The notes under the pieces: model-generated | Databases searched by the model: none | What the model was told of the DNA's origin: nothing | The model's input: the letters and a program-made list of their open reading frames with translations, nothing else | DNA from: Escherichia coli | GTDB taxonomy: Bacteria > Pseudomonadota > Gammaproteobacteria > Enterobacterales > Enterobacteriaceae | Reading direction: 5' to 3' (one strand) | NCBI RefSeq assembly: GCF_048403405.1 | Contig: NZ_CP183129.1 | Length of the DNA: 64,000 nt | Made by a program: the position numbers and the translations under genes | In this document: positions 43,105 through 54,859 of the stretch, piece after piece | Numbering within the stretch: position 1 is the first letter of the stretch | Layout: every line of letters begins with the position of its first letter

Positions 43105-45495
43105 ATGGCAATTAACAATACAGGCTCGCGACGATTACTCGTCACGCTAACAGCCCTTTTTGCAGCGCTTTGCGGGCTGTATCTACTCATTGGCGGAGGC
43201 TGGCTGGTCGCGATTGGCGGCTCCTGGTACTACCCTATCGCTGGCCTTGTGATGCTCGGCGTCGCCTGGATGCTGTGGCGCAGTAAACGCGCCGCGCTTT
43301 GGCTATACGCCGCCCTGCTGCTCGGCACCATGATTTGGGGCGTCTGGGAAGTTGGTTTCGACTTCTGGGCGCTGACTCCGCGCAGCGACATTCTGGTCTT
43401 CTTCGGCATCTGGCTGATCCTGCCGTTTGTCTGGCGTCGCCTGGTCATTCCTGCCAGCGGCGCAGTTGCCGCTCTGGTGGTGGCGTTGCTGATTAGTGGC
43501 GGAATCCTCACCTGGGCGGGATTTAACGATCCGCAGGAAATCAACGGCACCTTAAGCGCCGATGCCACACCTGCCGAAGCCATCTCACCGGTTGCCGATC
43601 AGGACTGGCCTGCGTATGGTCGCAATCAGGAAGGTCAACGCTTTTCGCCGCTGAAACAGATTAACGCCGATAACGTCCATAACCTGAAAGAAGCCTGGGT
43701 GTTCCGTACTGGAGATGTGAAGCAGCCGAACGATCCGGGCGAAATCACCAATGAAGTGACGCCGATTAAAGTGGGCGACACCCTTTACCTGTGTACCGCT
43801 CACCAGCGCCTGTTTGCGCTCGATGCCGCCAGCGGCAAAGAGAAATGGCATTACGATCCTGAACTGAAAACCAACGAGTCTTTCCAGCACGTAACCTGCC
43901 GTGGCGTCTCTTATCATGAAGCCAAAGCAGAAACGGCCTCGCCAGAAGTGATGGCGGATTGCCCGCGTCGTATCATTCTTCCGGTCAATGATGGTCGCCT
44001 GATTGCGATTAACGCTGAAAACGGCAAGCTGTGCGAAACCTTCGCTAATAAAGGCGTGCTCAATCTGCAAAGCAATATGCCAGACACCAAACCGGGTCTG
44101 TATGAGCCGACTTCGCCGCCGATTATCACCGATAAAACCATCGTGATGGCCGGTTCAGTCACCGATAACTTCTCAACCCGCGAAACGTCTGGCGTGATCC
44201 GTGGTTTTGATGTCAACACCGGGGAGCTGCTGTGGGCTTTTGATCCGGGCGCGAAAGATCCGAACGCAATCCCGTCTGACGAACACACCTTTACCTTTAA
44301 CTCACCAAACTCGTGGGCACCAGCGGCCTATGACGCGAAGCTGGATCTGGTCTATCTGCCGATGGGCGTGACCACGCCGGATATCTGGGGCGGTAACCGC
44401 ACACCGGAACAGGAACGTTATGCCAGCTCGATTCTGGCGCTGAATGCCACAACCGGGAAACTGGCGTGGAGCTACCAGACCGTTCACCACGACCTGTGGG
44501 ATATGGATCTTCCGGCACAGCCGACGCTGGCGGACATCACCGTTAACGGTCAAAAGGTTCCGGTCATTTATGCTCCAGCGAAAACCGGCAACATTTTTGT
44601 GCTCGATCGTCGTAACGGCGAACTGGTGGTTCCGGCCCCGGAAAAACCGGTTCCTCAAGGTGCAGCGAAAGGCGATTACGTCACCCCAACTCAACCCTTC
44701 TCGGAACTGAGCTTCCGTCCGACGAAAGATTTGAGCGGTGCGGATATGTGGGGAGCCACCATGTTTGACCAGCTGGTGTGCCGCGTGATGTTCCACCAGA
44801 TGCGCTATGAAGGCATTTTCACCCCACCATCTGAACAGGGTACTCTGGTCTTCCCTGGTAACCTGGGGATGTTCGAATGGGGCGGGATTTCCGTTGATCC
44901 GAATCGTGAAGTGGCAATTGCCAACCCAATGGCACTGCCGTTTGTTTCGAAACTGATCCCGCGCGGTCCGGGTAATCCGATGGAACAGCCGAAAGATGCC
45001 AAAGGCACGGGTACGGAATCCGGCATTCAGCCGCAGTACGGTGTACCGTATGGCGTCACGCTCAATCCGTTCCTCTCACCGTTTGGTCTGCCATGTAAAC
45101 AGCCAGCATGGGGCTATATCTCGGCGCTGGATCTGAAAACCAATGAAGTGGTGTGGAAGAAACGTATTGGTACGCCGCAGGACAGTATGCCGTTCCCGAT
45201 GCCTGTACCGGTGCCGTTCAATATGGGTATGCCGATGCTGGGCGGGCCAATCTCCACAGCGGGTAACGTACTGTTTATCGCCGCTACGGCAGATAACTAC
45301 CTGCGCGCTTACAACATGAGCAACGGTGAAAAACTGTGGCAGGGCCGTTTACCGGCGGGTGGTCAGGCTACGCCAATGACCTATGAAGTGAATGGTAAGC
45401 AGTATGTGGTGATCTCCGCAGGCGGTCACGGTTCATTTGGTACGAAGATGGGCGACTATATTGTGGCTTATGCGCTGCCGGATGATGTGAAGTAA
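43105..45495 (+). CDS. gcd: Quinoprotein (PQQ-dependent) glucose dehydrogenase, membrane-bound
   Basis: ORF 43087..45495 (TTG at 43087); ATG start at MAINNTGSRRLLVTL giving 796 aa; N-terminal transmembrane segments and PQQ beta-propeller. Confidence 0.9.
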   Translation: MAINNTGSRRLLVTLTALFAALCGLYLLIGGGWLVAIGGSWYYPIAGLVMLGVAWMLWRSKRAALWLYAALLLGTMIWGVWEVGFDFWALTPRSDILVFFGIWLILPFVWRRLVIPASGAVAALVVALLISGGILTWAGFNDPQEINGTLSADATPAEAISPVADQDWPAYGRNQEGQRFSPLKQINADNVHNLKEAWVFRTGDVKQPNDPGEITNEVTPIKVGDTLYLCTAHQRLFALDAASGKEKWHYDPELKTNESFQHVTCRGVSYHEAKAETASPEVMADCPRRIILPVNDGRLIAINAENGKLCETFANKGVLNLQSNMPDTKPGLYEPTSPPIITDKTIVMAGSVTDNFSTRETSGVIRGFDVNTGELLWAFDPGAKDPNAIPSDEHTFTFNSPNSWAPAAYDAKLDLVYLPMGVTTPDIWGGNRTPEQERYASSILALNATTGKLAWSYQTVHHDLWDMDLPAQPTLADITVNGQKVPVIYAPAKTGNIFVLDRRNGELVVPAPEKPVPQGAAKGDYVTPTQPFSELSFRPTKDLSGADMWGATMFDQLVCRVMFHQMRYEGIFTPPSEQGTLVFPGNLGMFEWGGISVDPNREVAIANPMALPFVSKLIPRGPGNPMEQPKDAKGTGTESGIQPQYGVPYGVTLNPFLSPFGLPCKQPAWGYISALDLKTNEVVWKKRIGTPQDSMPFPMPVPVPFNMGMPMLGGPISTAGNVLFIAATADNYLRAYNMSNGEKLWQGRLPAGGQATPMTYEVNGKQYVVISAGGHGSFGTKMGDYIVAYALPDDVK

Positions 45496-45500
45496 CCATA

Positions 45501-45528
45501 ATGCCCGGAGAGATCCGGGCATATTTCC
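45501..45528. terminator. Hairpin ATGCCCGGA-N4-TCCGGGCAT followed by ATTTCC between convergent gcd and cueO
   Basis: 9-bp stem read in 46-bp convergent spacer. Confidence 0.5.
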
Positions 45529-45541
45529 GAATACGGTCTTT

Positions 45542-47092
45542 TTATACCGTAAACCCTAACATCATCCCCGTATCTTCATGCTCCAGCAGATGGCAGTGCG
45601 CCATATAAGCATGTTCTTTCGGTGCATCGTGATTAAACTTCACCAGCACTTCGCTGACATTACCTTCTACCTTAACGGTATCTTTCCAGCCCGCGCGATG
45701 AGCGGCTGGCGGTTTGCCATTTTCTGACAAGATACGGAACTGCGTGCCGTGAATATGGAACGGATGCAGCATCATGTCGCCCACGCCAGAGATAACCCAA
45801 CGTTCGTACTGCCCTTTCGCCGCCGCAAACATCGGCTTATTCATATCAAACGCCTGACCGTTGATTTTATTGGCATGGTGGAAATCGAACTTCCCGCCGT
45901 GGTTCATATGATTCATATTGCCGTGCCCCATATGGCCCATCATCTGGCTGTGATCCATCCCGGCCATCGCCTGATCGCCATATTTCTCCATCAGCATCTG
46001 CATCCCCATCATATCGAGCATCGGGTCCATAGAGAGTTGCAGCTTACGTACCGTCAGCCCTTCCAGCGAAGGTAACGCAGGCAGGCTACTTAATGTGTCT
46101 GGCAAAGCACCAGAGGCACTAATGGCAATCGGCTGAATCCGCATTACCGGATGCGGCTTATCAAACGGCGCAATCGCCATTCCCATCTGGCTGACCGGCA
46201 GCGTCACCAGGTCAAAGGGGTTGTTGTCGTTAACCTCCACCAGCACTTCAAAACGCTCGCCCATCAGCACCGGCAGCTCGCTCACCTTCACCGGTTCAGG
46301 TAGCAGACCACCGTCGCTGGCAATCACATACAGCGGGCGATTGTCGCTGGTGGCGAAATTGAGCGAGCGGGCGTTACAGCCATTGAGCAAACGCAGGCGC
46401 AGCCAACCACGCGGGGCAGCGTGTTGTGGGTAGATTGCACCGTTGGTCAGCAACGTATCGCCAAACCAGCCCACGGCGGCGGTCATCACATCCAGTTGAT
46501 AATCAATCTGCCCGTCAGCGCTAAATTTCTTATCCTGAACGATCACCGGAACATCATCGATACCCCACTGTTTTGGCAGCATTAATTTCAGGATCTCGTC
46601 ATCTTCAATCACCACCAGACCAGCCAGCCCCATCGCCACCTGTCGCCCGGTCTTGCCATGTTGATGTGGATGGAACCAGCAGGTAGCGGCAGGTTGATCA
46701 ACGTTCAACGTCACCGAGCGCTTGCCACCTGGCGGAATAATTCCCTGCGGGCCGCCGTCGACTTCACCCGGTACTTCCAGCCCGTGCCAGTGCAACGTCG
46801 TCTCTTCCGTCAGTTGGTTATAGATATCAACCGTTACCGCTTTGCCGCGCTGTAATTTCACCGCCGGCCCCAGCAGATTGCCGTTATAGCCCCAGGTAGT
46901 TGCGGTTTTCCCGCCGAAGGTGGACTGGCCTGCGCCAATAGTTAACTGAATGCGATTACGGGCATCGGTCGTGAGCAAATCAGGGATCGGTAACGTTGGG
47001 CGTTCCGCCGCAAATACTGCGCGGCTCCACAGCGGTAAAGCCGAAGCCACGCCCAGCGCGACGGAATATTTTAAGAAATCACGACGTTGCAT
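45542..47092 (-). CDS. cueO: Multicopper oxidase CueO
   Basis: ORF 45542..47131; start at [28 protein letters not shown] (Tat signal) giving 516 aa; Met/His-rich segment and copper-site His motifs. Confidence 0.9.
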   Translation of the reverse strand: MQRRDFLKYSVALGVASALPLWSRAVFAAERPTLPIPDLLTTDARNRIQLTIGAGQSTFGGKTATTWGYNGNLLGPAVKLQRGKAVTVDIYNQLTEETTLHWHGLEVPGEVDGGPQGIIPPGGKRSVTLNVDQPAATCWFHPHQHGKTGRQVAMGLAGLVVIEDDEILKLMLPKQWGIDDVPVIVQDKKFSADGQIDYQLDVMTAAVGWFGDTLLTNGAIYPQHAAPRGWLRLRLLNGCNARSLNFATSDNRPLYVIASDGGLLPEPVKVSELPVLMGERFEVLVEVNDNNPFDLVTLPVSQMGMAIAPFDKPHPVMRIQPIAISASGALPDTLSSLPALPSLEGLTVRKLQLSMDPMLDMMGMQMLMEKYGDQAMAGMDHSQMMGHMGHGNMNHMNHGGKFDFHHANKINGQAFDMNKPMFAAAKGQYERWVISGVGDMMLHPFHIHGTQFRILSENGKPPAAHRAGWKDTVKVEGNVSEVLVKFNHDAPKEHAYMAHCHLLEHEDTGMMLGFTV

Positions 47093-47145
47093 AGTTATTT
47101 CCTTATTCTTAAGCAGGCGAAACAAAATCAAACGTTGAGCATAGT

Positions 47146-47164
47146 CCTTCCCCTTACGGGAAGG
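47146..47164 (-). promoter_or_regulatory. CueR (MerR-family) operator CCTTCC-N7-GGAAGG in the cueO promoter
   Basis: Perfect 6-bp inverted repeat with 7-bp spacer read about 55 bp upstream of cueO ATG; matches the CueR box pattern. Confidence 0.6.
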
Positions 47165-47257
47165 TCAAGCCGCAGACACAATTTAATCGACAATAATGGT
47201 CGTCGCCTCGCTCGCAGTGTGCTAACGTTTATCTTCTTTAAGCCCCTGGTAGAAGCA

Positions 47258-47605
47258 ATGAAGACGTTTTTCAGAACAGTGTTATTCGGCAGCCTGATGG
47301 CCGTCTGCGCAAACAGTTACGCGCTCAGCGAGTCTGAAGCCGAAGATATGGCCGATTTAACGGCAGTTTTTGTCTTTCTGAAGAACGATTGTGGTTACCA
47401 GAACTTACCTAACGGGCAAATTCGCCGCGCACTGGTCTTTTTCGCCCAGCAAAACCAGTGGGATCTCAGTAATTACGACACCTTCGACATGAAAGCCCTC
47501 GGTGAAGACAGCTACCGCGATCTCAGCGGCATTGGCATTCCCGTCGCTAAAAAGTGCAAAGCCCTGGCTCGCGATTCCTTAAGCCTGCTTGCCTACGTCA
47601 AATAA
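47258..47605 (+). CDS. yacC: Uncharacterised periplasmic protein YacC
   Basis: ORF 47087..47605; start at MKTFFRTVLFGSLMAVCANSYA (signal peptide) giving 115 aa. Confidence 0.75.
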   Translation: MKTFFRTVLFGSLMAVCANSYALSESEAEDMADLTAVFVFLKNDCGYQNLPNGQIRRALVFFAQQNQWDLSNYDTFDMKALGEDSYRDLSGIGIPVAKKCKALARDSLSLLAYVK

Positions 47606-47710
47606 TCCCTGATACCTTTTTGTAGAAATATTGACCGTGCATCCGCGGTCAATGTTAGCTATTATGTTGCGCCCTTTTTTTACGGGTGTTAACAAAGGAG
47701 GTATCAACCC

Positions 47711-48577
47711 ATGGCCGAAAAAAAACAGTGGCATGAAACGCTACACGACCAGTTTGGGCAGTACTTTGCGGTAGATAACGTTCTGTATCATGAAAAGACC
47801 GATCACCAGGATCTGATCATTTTTGAGAACGCTGCATTTGGCCGCGTAATGGCGCTGGATGGCGTAGTACAAACCACCGAGCGCGACGAGTTTATCTATC
47901 ATGAGATGATGACCCATGTTCCGCTACTGGCCCACGGTCACGCGAAACATGTGCTGATTATCGGCGGCGGCGACGGTGCCATGCTGCGTGAAGTAACCCG
48001 ACATAAAAACGTTGAGTCAATCACGATGGTGGAAATCGATGCGGGTGTCGTGTCGTTTTGCCGTCAGTATCTGCCCAACCATAACGCCGGTAGTTACGAC
48101 GATCCGCGCTTTAAACTGGTGATCGACGATGGCGTCAATTTCGTTAATCAAACCAGCCAGACCTTTGATGTCATTATTTCCGACTGCACCGATCCTATCG
48201 GTCCCGGCGAAAGTCTGTTCACCTCAGCATTTTATGAAGGCTGCAAACGTTGCCTGAATCCTGGCGGTATCTTCGTCGCACAAAACGGCGTCTGCTTTTT
48301 ACAGCAGGAAGAGGCTATCGACAGTCATCGCAAACTCAGCCATTACTTCAGCGACGTTGGCTTTTATCAGGCGGCGATCCCGACCTATTACGGCGGCATC
48401 ATGACCTTTGCATGGGCGACAGATAACGATGCCTTACGCCATCTCTCAACCGAAATTATTCAGGCGCGTTTTCTCGCTTCTGGCCTGAAATGCCGTTATT
48501 ACAATCCGGCAATCCATACGGCAGCTTTTGCCTTACCTCAGTATCTGCAAGACGCACTGGCTTCACAGCCGTCCTAA
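47711..48577 (+). CDS. speE: Spermidine synthase
   Basis: 288-aa [37 protein letters not shown]... Confidence 0.95.
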   Translation: MAEKKQWHETLHDQFGQYFAVDNVLYHEKTDHQDLIIFENAAFGRVMALDGVVQTTERDEFIYHEMMTHVPLLAHGHAKHVLIIGGGDGAMLREVTRHKNVESITMVEIDAGVVSFCRQYLPNHNAGSYDDPRFKLVIDDGVNFVNQTSQTFDVIISDCTDPIGPGESLFTSAFYEGCKRCLNPGGIFVAQNGVCFLQQEEAIDSHRKLSHYFSDVGFYQAAIPTYYGGIMTFAWATDNDALRHLSTEIIQARFLASGLKCRYYNPAIHTAAFALPQYLQDALASQPS

Positions 48578-48592
48578 GGAGAAGATAAGAAA

Positions 48593-49387
48593 TTGAAAAA
48601 ACTGAAACTGCATGGCTTTAATAATCTGACCAAAAGTCTGAGTTTTTGTATTTACGATATCTGCTACGCCAAAACTGCCGAAGAACGCGACGGTTATATT
48701 GCTTATATCGATGAACTCTATAATGCCAACCGTCTGACCGAAATCTTGTCAGAAACCTGTTCCATTATCGGGGCCAATATTCTTAACATCGCCCGCCAGG
48801 ATTACGAACCACAGGGTGCCAGCGTCACTATTCTGGTGAGTGAAGAACCGGTTGACCCGAAACTCATCGACAAAACAGAACACCCCGGCCCACTGCCAGA
48901 AACGGTCGTTGCCCATCTCGATAAAAGTCATATTTGCGTACATACCTACCCGGAAAGTCATCCTGAAGGCGGTTTATGTACCTTCCGCGCCGATATTGAA
49001 GTCTCTACCTGCGGCGTGATTTCTCCGCTGAAGGCGCTGAATTACCTGATCCACCAGCTTGAGTCCGATATCGTAACCATTGATTATCGCGTGCGCGGTT
49101 TTACTCGCGACATTAACGGTATGAAGCACTTTATCGACCATGAGATTAATTCGATTCAGAACTTTATGTCTGACGATATGAAGGCGCTGTATGACATGGT
49201 GGATGTAAACGTCTATCAGGAAAATATCTTCCATACCAAGATGTTGCTTAAAGAGTTCGACCTTAAGCACTATATGTTCCACACCAAACCGGAAGATTTA
49301 ACCGACAGCGAGCGCCAGGAAATTACCGCTGCGCTGTGGAAAGAAATGCGCGAGATTTATTACGGGCGCAATATGCCCGCTGTTTAA
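48593..49387 (+). CDS. speD: S-adenosylmethionine decarboxylase proenzyme
   Basis: 264-aa ORF (TTG start) [27 protein letters not shown]... Confidence 0.9.
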
Positions 49388-49391
49388 CGGC

Positions 49392-49432
49392 TCTGGCGGA
49401 GCTCGCGGGCTCCGCCAGATTTATTTACTTTT
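49392..49432. terminator. Bidirectional rho-independent terminator (11-bp stem TCTGGCGGAGC/GCTCCGCCAGA, then TTTATTTACTTTT) for speD and yacL
   Basis: Long GC stem and T-run read directly after speD stop. Confidence 0.7.
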
Positions 49433-49787
49433 GCTGCACGAAATTACGATAAGCAGCCACCACCTGCAGAAAATCCTCAACGCCGCATAGCGACAGGCTT
49501 TCTTCGTCGTAGTAGTTCATCCCCTCTTCCATTTCATCGCCAGCGAATTCCAGTTGATTGGCGCGAACCATCACTTCTTCGCCGTCCATCCATAGCGTGT
49601 ACTCATGCCCTGCCCGCTGCCAGGAACGTTCGCTACCTTTGAGCGTGCGCGCGGCGTCTTCTACTTCATCAAGCAAGGCCAGGTTTTCTTTCACCTCTTC
49701 GTTAAACCAGTGCCCGACCACTTCATGCCCCATGGACATACGCACCTTTACCACTCCGGTAATATCACGCAGAAATTCGTAATCCAT
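49425..49787 (-). CDS. yacL: UPF0231 family protein YacL
   Basis: ORF 49425..49862; start at [23 protein letters not shown] giving 120 aa. Confidence 0.8.
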   Translation of the reverse strand: MDYEFLRDITGVVKVRMSMGHEVVGHWFNEEVKENLALLDEVEDAARTLKGSERSWQRAGHEYTLWMDGEEVMVRANQLEFAGDEMEEGMNYYDEESLSLCGVEDFLQVVAAYRNFVQQK

Positions 49788-49884
49788 AGTGTGTTCCTCT
49801 GCTCCCGGCAATGCGCCATTACTGCATTGCACCTTAGGTTTAATTATCGCAGCACTATGCAAGATTAAAAGGTGGAAAAGAATA

Positions 49885-49928
49885 AGGAATAAAAATAAAC
49901 CCCCTTTCCTTGAGCAGAAAGGGGGTTT
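49885..49928 (-). terminator. acnB rho-independent terminator (AAACCCCCTTTC-N8-GAAAGGGGGTTT followed on the minus strand by UUUAUUUUUAUUCC)
   Basis: 12-bp stem and U-tract read 55 nt downstream of acnB stop. Confidence 0.75.
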
Positions 49929-49983
49929 AAAGAAGTGTTACTTGTCAGGTATTCAGGAGAACACCTGAGCTATTTTCAGGCTG

Positions 49984-52581
49984 TTACACCGCAGTCTGGA
50001 AAATCACCCCGTCCGCTTTTTCGGTGTACTGAGAAAGCTGGTTGAAGTTCAGGTAACGGTAAGTATCAACGGCAGTTTTATCCACCTGTGCCACGTAGGT
50101 CTGGTACTCTTCCGGCGTCGGTAGTTTGCCAATCAGCGCCGCAACAGCAGCCAGTTCCGCAGAAGCCAGGAAGACATTCGCGCCAGTACCCAGACGGTTC
50201 GGGAAGTTACGGGTAGAGGTGGAAACCACCGTCGCACCGTCTGCTACACGCGCCTGGTTACCCATACACAGGGAACAGCCAGGGATCTCGATACGCGCAC
50301 CGCTCTTACCGAAGACGCTGTAGTAGCCTTCTTCGGTCAACTGCGCGGCGTCCATACGGGTTGGCGGTGCCACCCACAGGCGGGTCGGCAACTGGCCTTT
50401 ATGCGCATCCAGCAGTTTACCCGCAGCACGGAAGTGACCGATGTTGGTCATGCAGGAACCGATAAACACTTCGTCGATCTTCTCACCCTGTACCGCAGAC
50501 AGCGGACGTGCGTCATCCGGATCGTTCGGAGCACACAGGATTGGCTCTTTAATATCCGCCAGATCGATGTCGATCACTGCCGCGTATTCCGCATCTGCAT
50601 CGGCTTCCAGCAGCTCAGGATTCGCCAGCCATTTTTCCATGCCCTGAATACGACGTTCCAGGGTACGACGATCGCCGTAACCTTCCGCGATCATCCACTT
50701 CAGCAGGACGATGTTGGAGTTCAGGTATTCGATGATCGGTTCTTTGTTCAGCTTGATAGTACAACCAGCGGCAGAACGCTCGGCGGACGCATCGGTCAGC
50801 TCAAAGGCCTGCTCAACTTTCAGATCCGGCAGACCTTCAATTTCCAGAATGCGACCAGAGAAGATGTTTTTCTTGCCTTTCTTCTCAACGGTCAGCAGAC
50901 CTTGTTTGATCGCATACAGCGGAATAGCGTGTACCAGATCGCGCAGGGTGATGCCCGGCTGCATTTTGCCTTTGAAGCGCACCAGAACGGATTCCGGCAT
51001 ATCCAGCGGCATTACGCCTGTTGCGGCTGCAAATGCCACCAGACCAGAACCCGCCGGGAAAGAAATGCCGATCGGGAAACGGGTATGGGAGTCACCACCG
51101 GTACCGACGGTATCCGGCAGCAGCATACGGTTCAGCCAGGAGTGGATTACGCCGTCACCCGGACGCAGCGACACACCACCACGGTTCATAATGAAGTCCG
51201 GCAGCGTGTGGTGCGTGTTCACGTCAACTGGCTTCGGATACGCCGCGGTGTGGCAGAAAGACTGCATCACCAGGTCAGCCGAGAAGCCCAGGCACGCCAG
51301 GTCTTTCAGTTCATCACGGGTCATCGGGCCGGTGGTGTCCTGGGAACCTACAGAAGTCATTTTCGGTTCGCAGTACGCGCCCGGACGAATGCCTTTCACG
51401 CCGCAGGCACGACCTACCATTTTCTGCGCCAGCGAGAAGCCGCGGTCGCTCTCAGCGACATCTTTCGCCTGACGGAACACATCGCTGTGCGGCAGACCAA
51501 GTGCTTCACGCGCTTTGGTGGTCAGGCCACGCCCGATAATCAGCGGAATACGGCCGCCAGCACGCACTTCATCAATCAGCACGTCGGTTTTCAGTTCGAA
51601 GGTCGCCAGCAGTTCGCCGGTTTCGTGGTTACGCACTTCACCTTTGTACGGGTAAACGTCAATTACGTCGCCCATGTTCAGGTTAGAGACGTCGACTTCG
51701 ATTGGCAGTGCACCCGCGTCTTCCATCGTGTTAAAGAAGATTGGTGCAATTTTACCGCCGAGGCACAAACCACCGCCGCGTTTGTTCGGCACATGTGGAA
51801 TATCATCGCCCATAAACCACAGAACGGAGTTAGTGGCGGATTTACGCGAAGAACCCGTACCCACAACGTCACCGACGTACGCCAGCGGGAAACCTTTCTG
51901 TTGCAGAGCTTCGATTTGCTTGATCGGACCAACAACACCAGGCTTGTCTGGCTCAATACCTTCACGGGCGTTTTTCAGCATCGCCAGCGCGTGCAGTGGG
52001 ATATCCGGGCGTGACCACGCATCCGGTGCCGGAGAAAGGTCATCGGTGTTGGTTTCGCCTGTGACTTTGAAGACGGTAACGGTCAGTTTTTCAGCCAGCG
52101 CCGGGCGATTCAGGAACCATTCGGCATCCGCCCAGGACTGCATTACCTGCTTCGCATATTCGTTGCCTGCTTTGGCTTTCTCTTCTACGTCATAGAAGTT
52201 ATCGAACATCAGCAGCGTGTGAGAAAGTGCTTTGGCAGCGATCGGTGCCAGTTTGGCATCATCCAGCGCGTCGATCAGCGGATGAATGTTGTAACCACCC
52301 TGCATGGTGCCCAGCAGTTCGATGGCTTTTTCCGGAGTCAGCAGAGGGGATTTGGCTTCACCTTTCGCGATAGCAGCCAGGAAGCCTGCTTTTACATAGG
52401 CAGCTTCATCGACGCCTGGGGGAACACGGTTGGTTAACAGATCTAACAGGAATTCTTCTTCGCCCGCGGGCGGGTTTTTCAGCAGCTCTACAAGCGCGGC
52501 CATTTGGTTTGCATCCAGGGGTTTGGGCGCAATCCCCTCAGCGGCACGCTCAGCTACGTGCTTACGGTATTCTTCTAGCAC
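49984..52581 (-). CDS. acnB: Aconitate hydratase B / 2-methylisocitrate dehydratase
   Basis: ORF 49984..52734; GTG start at [22 protein letters not shown] giving 865 aa. Confidence 0.95.
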   Translation of the reverse strand: MLEEYRKHVAERAAEGIAPKPLDANQMAALVELLKNPPAGEEEFLLDLLTNRVPPGVDEAAYVKAGFLAAIAKGEAKSPLLTPEKAIELLGTMQGGYNIHPLIDALDDAKLAPIAAKALSHTLLMFDNFYDVEEKAKAGNEYAKQVMQSWADAEWFLNRPALAEKLTVTVFKVTGETNTDDLSPAPDAWSRPDIPLHALAMLKNAREGIEPDKPGVVGPIKQIEALQQKGFPLAYVGDVVGTGSSRKSATNSVLWFMGDDIPHVPNKRGGGLCLGGKIAPIFFNTMEDAGALPIEVDVSNLNMGDVIDVYPYKGEVRNHETGELLATFELKTDVLIDEVRAGGRIPLIIGRGLTTKAREALGLPHSDVFRQAKDVAESDRGFSLAQKMVGRACGVKGIRPGAYCEPKMTSVGSQDTTGPMTRDELKDLACLGFSADLVMQSFCHTAAYPKPVDVNTHHTLPDFIMNRGGVSLRPGDGVIHSWLNRMLLPDTVGTGGDSHTRFPIGISFPAGSGLVAFAAATGVMPLDMPESVLVRFKGKMQPGITLRDLVHAIPLYAIKQGLLTVEKKGKKNIFSGRILEIEGLPDLKVEQAFELTDASAERSAAGCTIKLNKEPIIEYLNSNIVLLKWMIAEGYGDRRTLERRIQGMEKWLANPELLEADADAEYAAVIDIDLADIKEPILCAPNDPDDARPLSAVQGEKIDEVFIGSCMTNIGHFRAAGKLLDAHKGQLPTRLWVAPPTRMDAAQLTEEGYYSVFGKSGARIEIPGCSLCMGNQARVADGATVVSTSTRNFPNRLGTGANVFLASAELAAVAALIGKLPTPEEYQTYVAQVDKTAVDTYRYLNFNQLSQYTEKADGVIFQTAV

Positions 52582-52935
52582 GACGGTTCTCCTCGCTCTC
52601 ATTGTCATAGTGCGGCAGGCGATTCTCTTCACGCTCCTGTGAGACAGCAGTTTGTAGGGTAAATGCCCAGTACCGCAACGGGCAGAATAGCAGGATTTTG
52701 ACGATGTGTTAATCTGTTTACAAAAAAGCAACATAAAAAAGTGGCTGAATCGTTAAGGATAGTCTAGAGATTGTTTCCCTACGTAAAAACCTCGTTAATT
52801 CGCATGGTGATAATCACCTTTCTCAACGAATCCCAAGATTAGTCAAAATTTAAACTACCGCCTCTTTATACTCGGAATCACAGCACCTGCGGGTGGCAGT
52901 TCGCCGACCATTGCGATTTCCTTGAGATCCGAATT

Positions 52936-54789
52936 ATGAAAATGACTTTGCCGTTTAAACCCCATGTGCTGGCGCTAATTTGCAGTGCCGGGCTTTGTGC
53001 CGCCTCTGCCGGGCTATATATAAAAAGCCGCACAGTGGAAGCGCCTGTGGAAGCGCAATCGACACTACTGGCTGTGTCTGACGCTGCCGCGGTTACGCTT
53101 CCTGCAACGGTTTCCGCGCCTCCCGTAACACCCGCCGTCGTCAAATCCGCATTCAACACTGCACAAATAGATCAATGGGTTGCGCCTGTCGCGCTGTACC
53201 CCGACGCTCTGCTTTCACAAGTGTTAATGGCATCAACCTATCCGGCAAACGTTGCGCAAGCAGTACAATGGTCGCACGATAACCCACTTAAACAAGGCGA
53301 TGCTGCTATTCAGGCGGTATCTGACCAGCCGTGGGACGCCAGCGTTAAATCACTGGTGGCCTTTCCACAATTGATGGCATTGATGGGCGAAAACCCGCAA
53401 TGGGTGCAAAACCTGGGCGATGCTTTTCTGGCGCAGCCGCAGGACGTGATGGACTCGGTACAGCGATTGCGGCAACTGGCGCAACAAACCGGCTCGCTGA
53501 AGTCATCAACTGAACAAAAGATCATCACGACAACGAAAAAAGTCGTACCGGTAAATCAGCCCGCCAACGCCCCTGTCACACAATCAAATACCGTTTCTAC
53601 GTCCAGCCCCGTCGTCGCAGAACCTGCACCGACCGTAATAACCATTGAGCCAGCCAATCCGGATGTGGTTTATATTCCGAACTACAACCCAAACGTGGTT
53701 TACGGCAGTTGGGCCAATACCGCTTATCCGCCAGTTTATCTGCCACCACCAGCCGGAGAACCGTTTGTTGACAGCTTTGTGCGCGGATTCGGCTATAGCA
53801 TGGGCGTTGCTACCACGTACGCGCTATTCAGCAGCATCGACTGGGATGACGACGATCATGACCATCATCATCATGACGATGATGATTATCATCACCACGA
53901 TGGCGGTCATCGTGACGGTAATGACTGGCAACACAACGGCGACAACATCAATATCGACGTCAATAATTTCAACCGTATCACCGGTGAGCATCTTACTGAT
54001 AAGAATATGGCATGGCGGCACAATCCAAACTACCGTGATGGTGTGCCCTATCATGATCAGGATATGGCAAAGCGGTTTCATCAAACCGATGTCAACGGCG
54101 GCATGAGCGCCACGCAGTTACCTGCTCCAACACGCGACAGCCAGCGTCAGGCGGCAGCAAGTCAGTTTCAGCAACGAACACACGCCGCCCCCGTCATTAC
54201 GCGAGATACCCAACGTCAGGCAGCGGCACAGCGGTTTAATGAAGCTGAACACTATGGGAGCTATGACGACTTCCGCGACTTCAGCCGTCGCCAACCACTG
54301 ACCCAGCAACAAAAGGACGCCGCTCGTCAGCGTTATCAGTCGGCCTCTCCTGAGCAGCGCCAGGCAGTCCGCGAGAAAATGCAGACTAACCCGCAGATCC
54401 AGCAGCGAAGAGAGGCTGCGCGTGAGCGTATTCAGTCCGCCTCTCCTGAGCAGCGCCAGGCAGTCCGCGAGAAAATGCAGACTAACCCGCAGAACCAGCA
54501 GCGAAGAGAGGCAGCGCGTGAGCGTATTCAGTCTGCAACTCCCGAACAGCGCCAGGTGTTTAAGGAAAAAGTACAGCAGCGCCCACTGAACCAACAGCAA
54601 CGTGATAACGCCCGCCAGCGTGTTCAATCAGCATCACCTGAGCAACGTCAGGTTTTTCGGGAGAAAGTTCAGGAGAGCCGCCCACAACGTCTAAACGACA
54701 GTGACCATACTGTCAGGCTGAATAACGAGCAACGGTCAGCAGTACGCGAACGTCTCTCTGAGCGCGGAGCAAGGCGACTGGAAAGGTAA
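52936..54789 (+). CDS. yacH: DUF3300 family protein YacH
   Basis: 617-aa ORF with signal peptide, a His/Asp-rich tract and C-terminal 31-aa tandem repeats. Confidence 0.8.
   Translation: MKMTLPFKPHVLALICSAGLCAASAGLYIKSRTVEAPVEAQSTLLAVSDAAAVTLPATVSAPPVTPAVVKSAFNTAQIDQWVAPVALYPDALLSQVLMASTYPANVAQAVQWSHDNPLKQGDAAIQAVSDQPWDASVKSLVAFPQLMALMGENPQWVQNLGDAFLAQPQDVMDSVQRLRQLAQQTGSLKSSTEQKIITTTKKVVPVNQPANAPVTQSNTVSTSSPVVAEPAPTVITIEPANPDVVYIPNYNPNVVYGSWANTAYPPVYLPPPAGEPFVDSFVRGFGYSMGVATTYALFSSIDWDDDDHDHHHHDDDDYHHHDGGHRDGNDWQHNGDNINIDVNNFNRITGEHLTDKNMAWRHNPNYRDGVPYHDQDMAKRFHQTDVNGGMSATQLPAPTRDSQRQAAASQFQQRTHAAPVITRDTQRQAAAQRFNEAEHYGSYDDFRDFSRRQPLTQQQKDAARQRYQSASPEQRQAVREKMQTNPQIQQRREAARERIQSASPEQRQAVREKMQTNPQNQQRREAARERIQSATPEQRQVFKEKVQQRPLNQQQRDNARQRVQSASPEQRQVFREKVQESRPQRLNDSDHTVRLNNEQRSAVRERLSERGARRLER
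54331..54681 (+). repeat. About 3.7 tandem copies of a 93-bp (31-aa) repeat within yacH (RIQSASPEQRQAVREKMQTNPQ.QQRREAARE)
   Basis: Two near-identical and two degenerate copies read in sequence, residues 466-582. Confidence 0.75.
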
Positions 54790-54800
54790 ATTACAGACGT

Positions 54801-54830
54801 AAAAAAAGCGGCGTGGTTAGCCGCTTTTTT
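54801..54830. terminator. Bidirectional rho-independent terminator (AAAAAAAGCGGC-N7-GCCGCTTTTTTT) between yacH and lpdA
   Basis: 6-bp GC stem flanked by A7 and T7 runs. Confidence 0.7.
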
Positions 54831-54859
54831 AATTGCCATATGTCCCGGCAAACGAAGAA

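Noticed and set aside
50401-52014. 537-aa ORF on the plus strand
   Set aside because: Lies entirely antisense to acnB; no ribosome-binding site context; long antisense ORFs are expected opposite GC-rich, codon-biased genes
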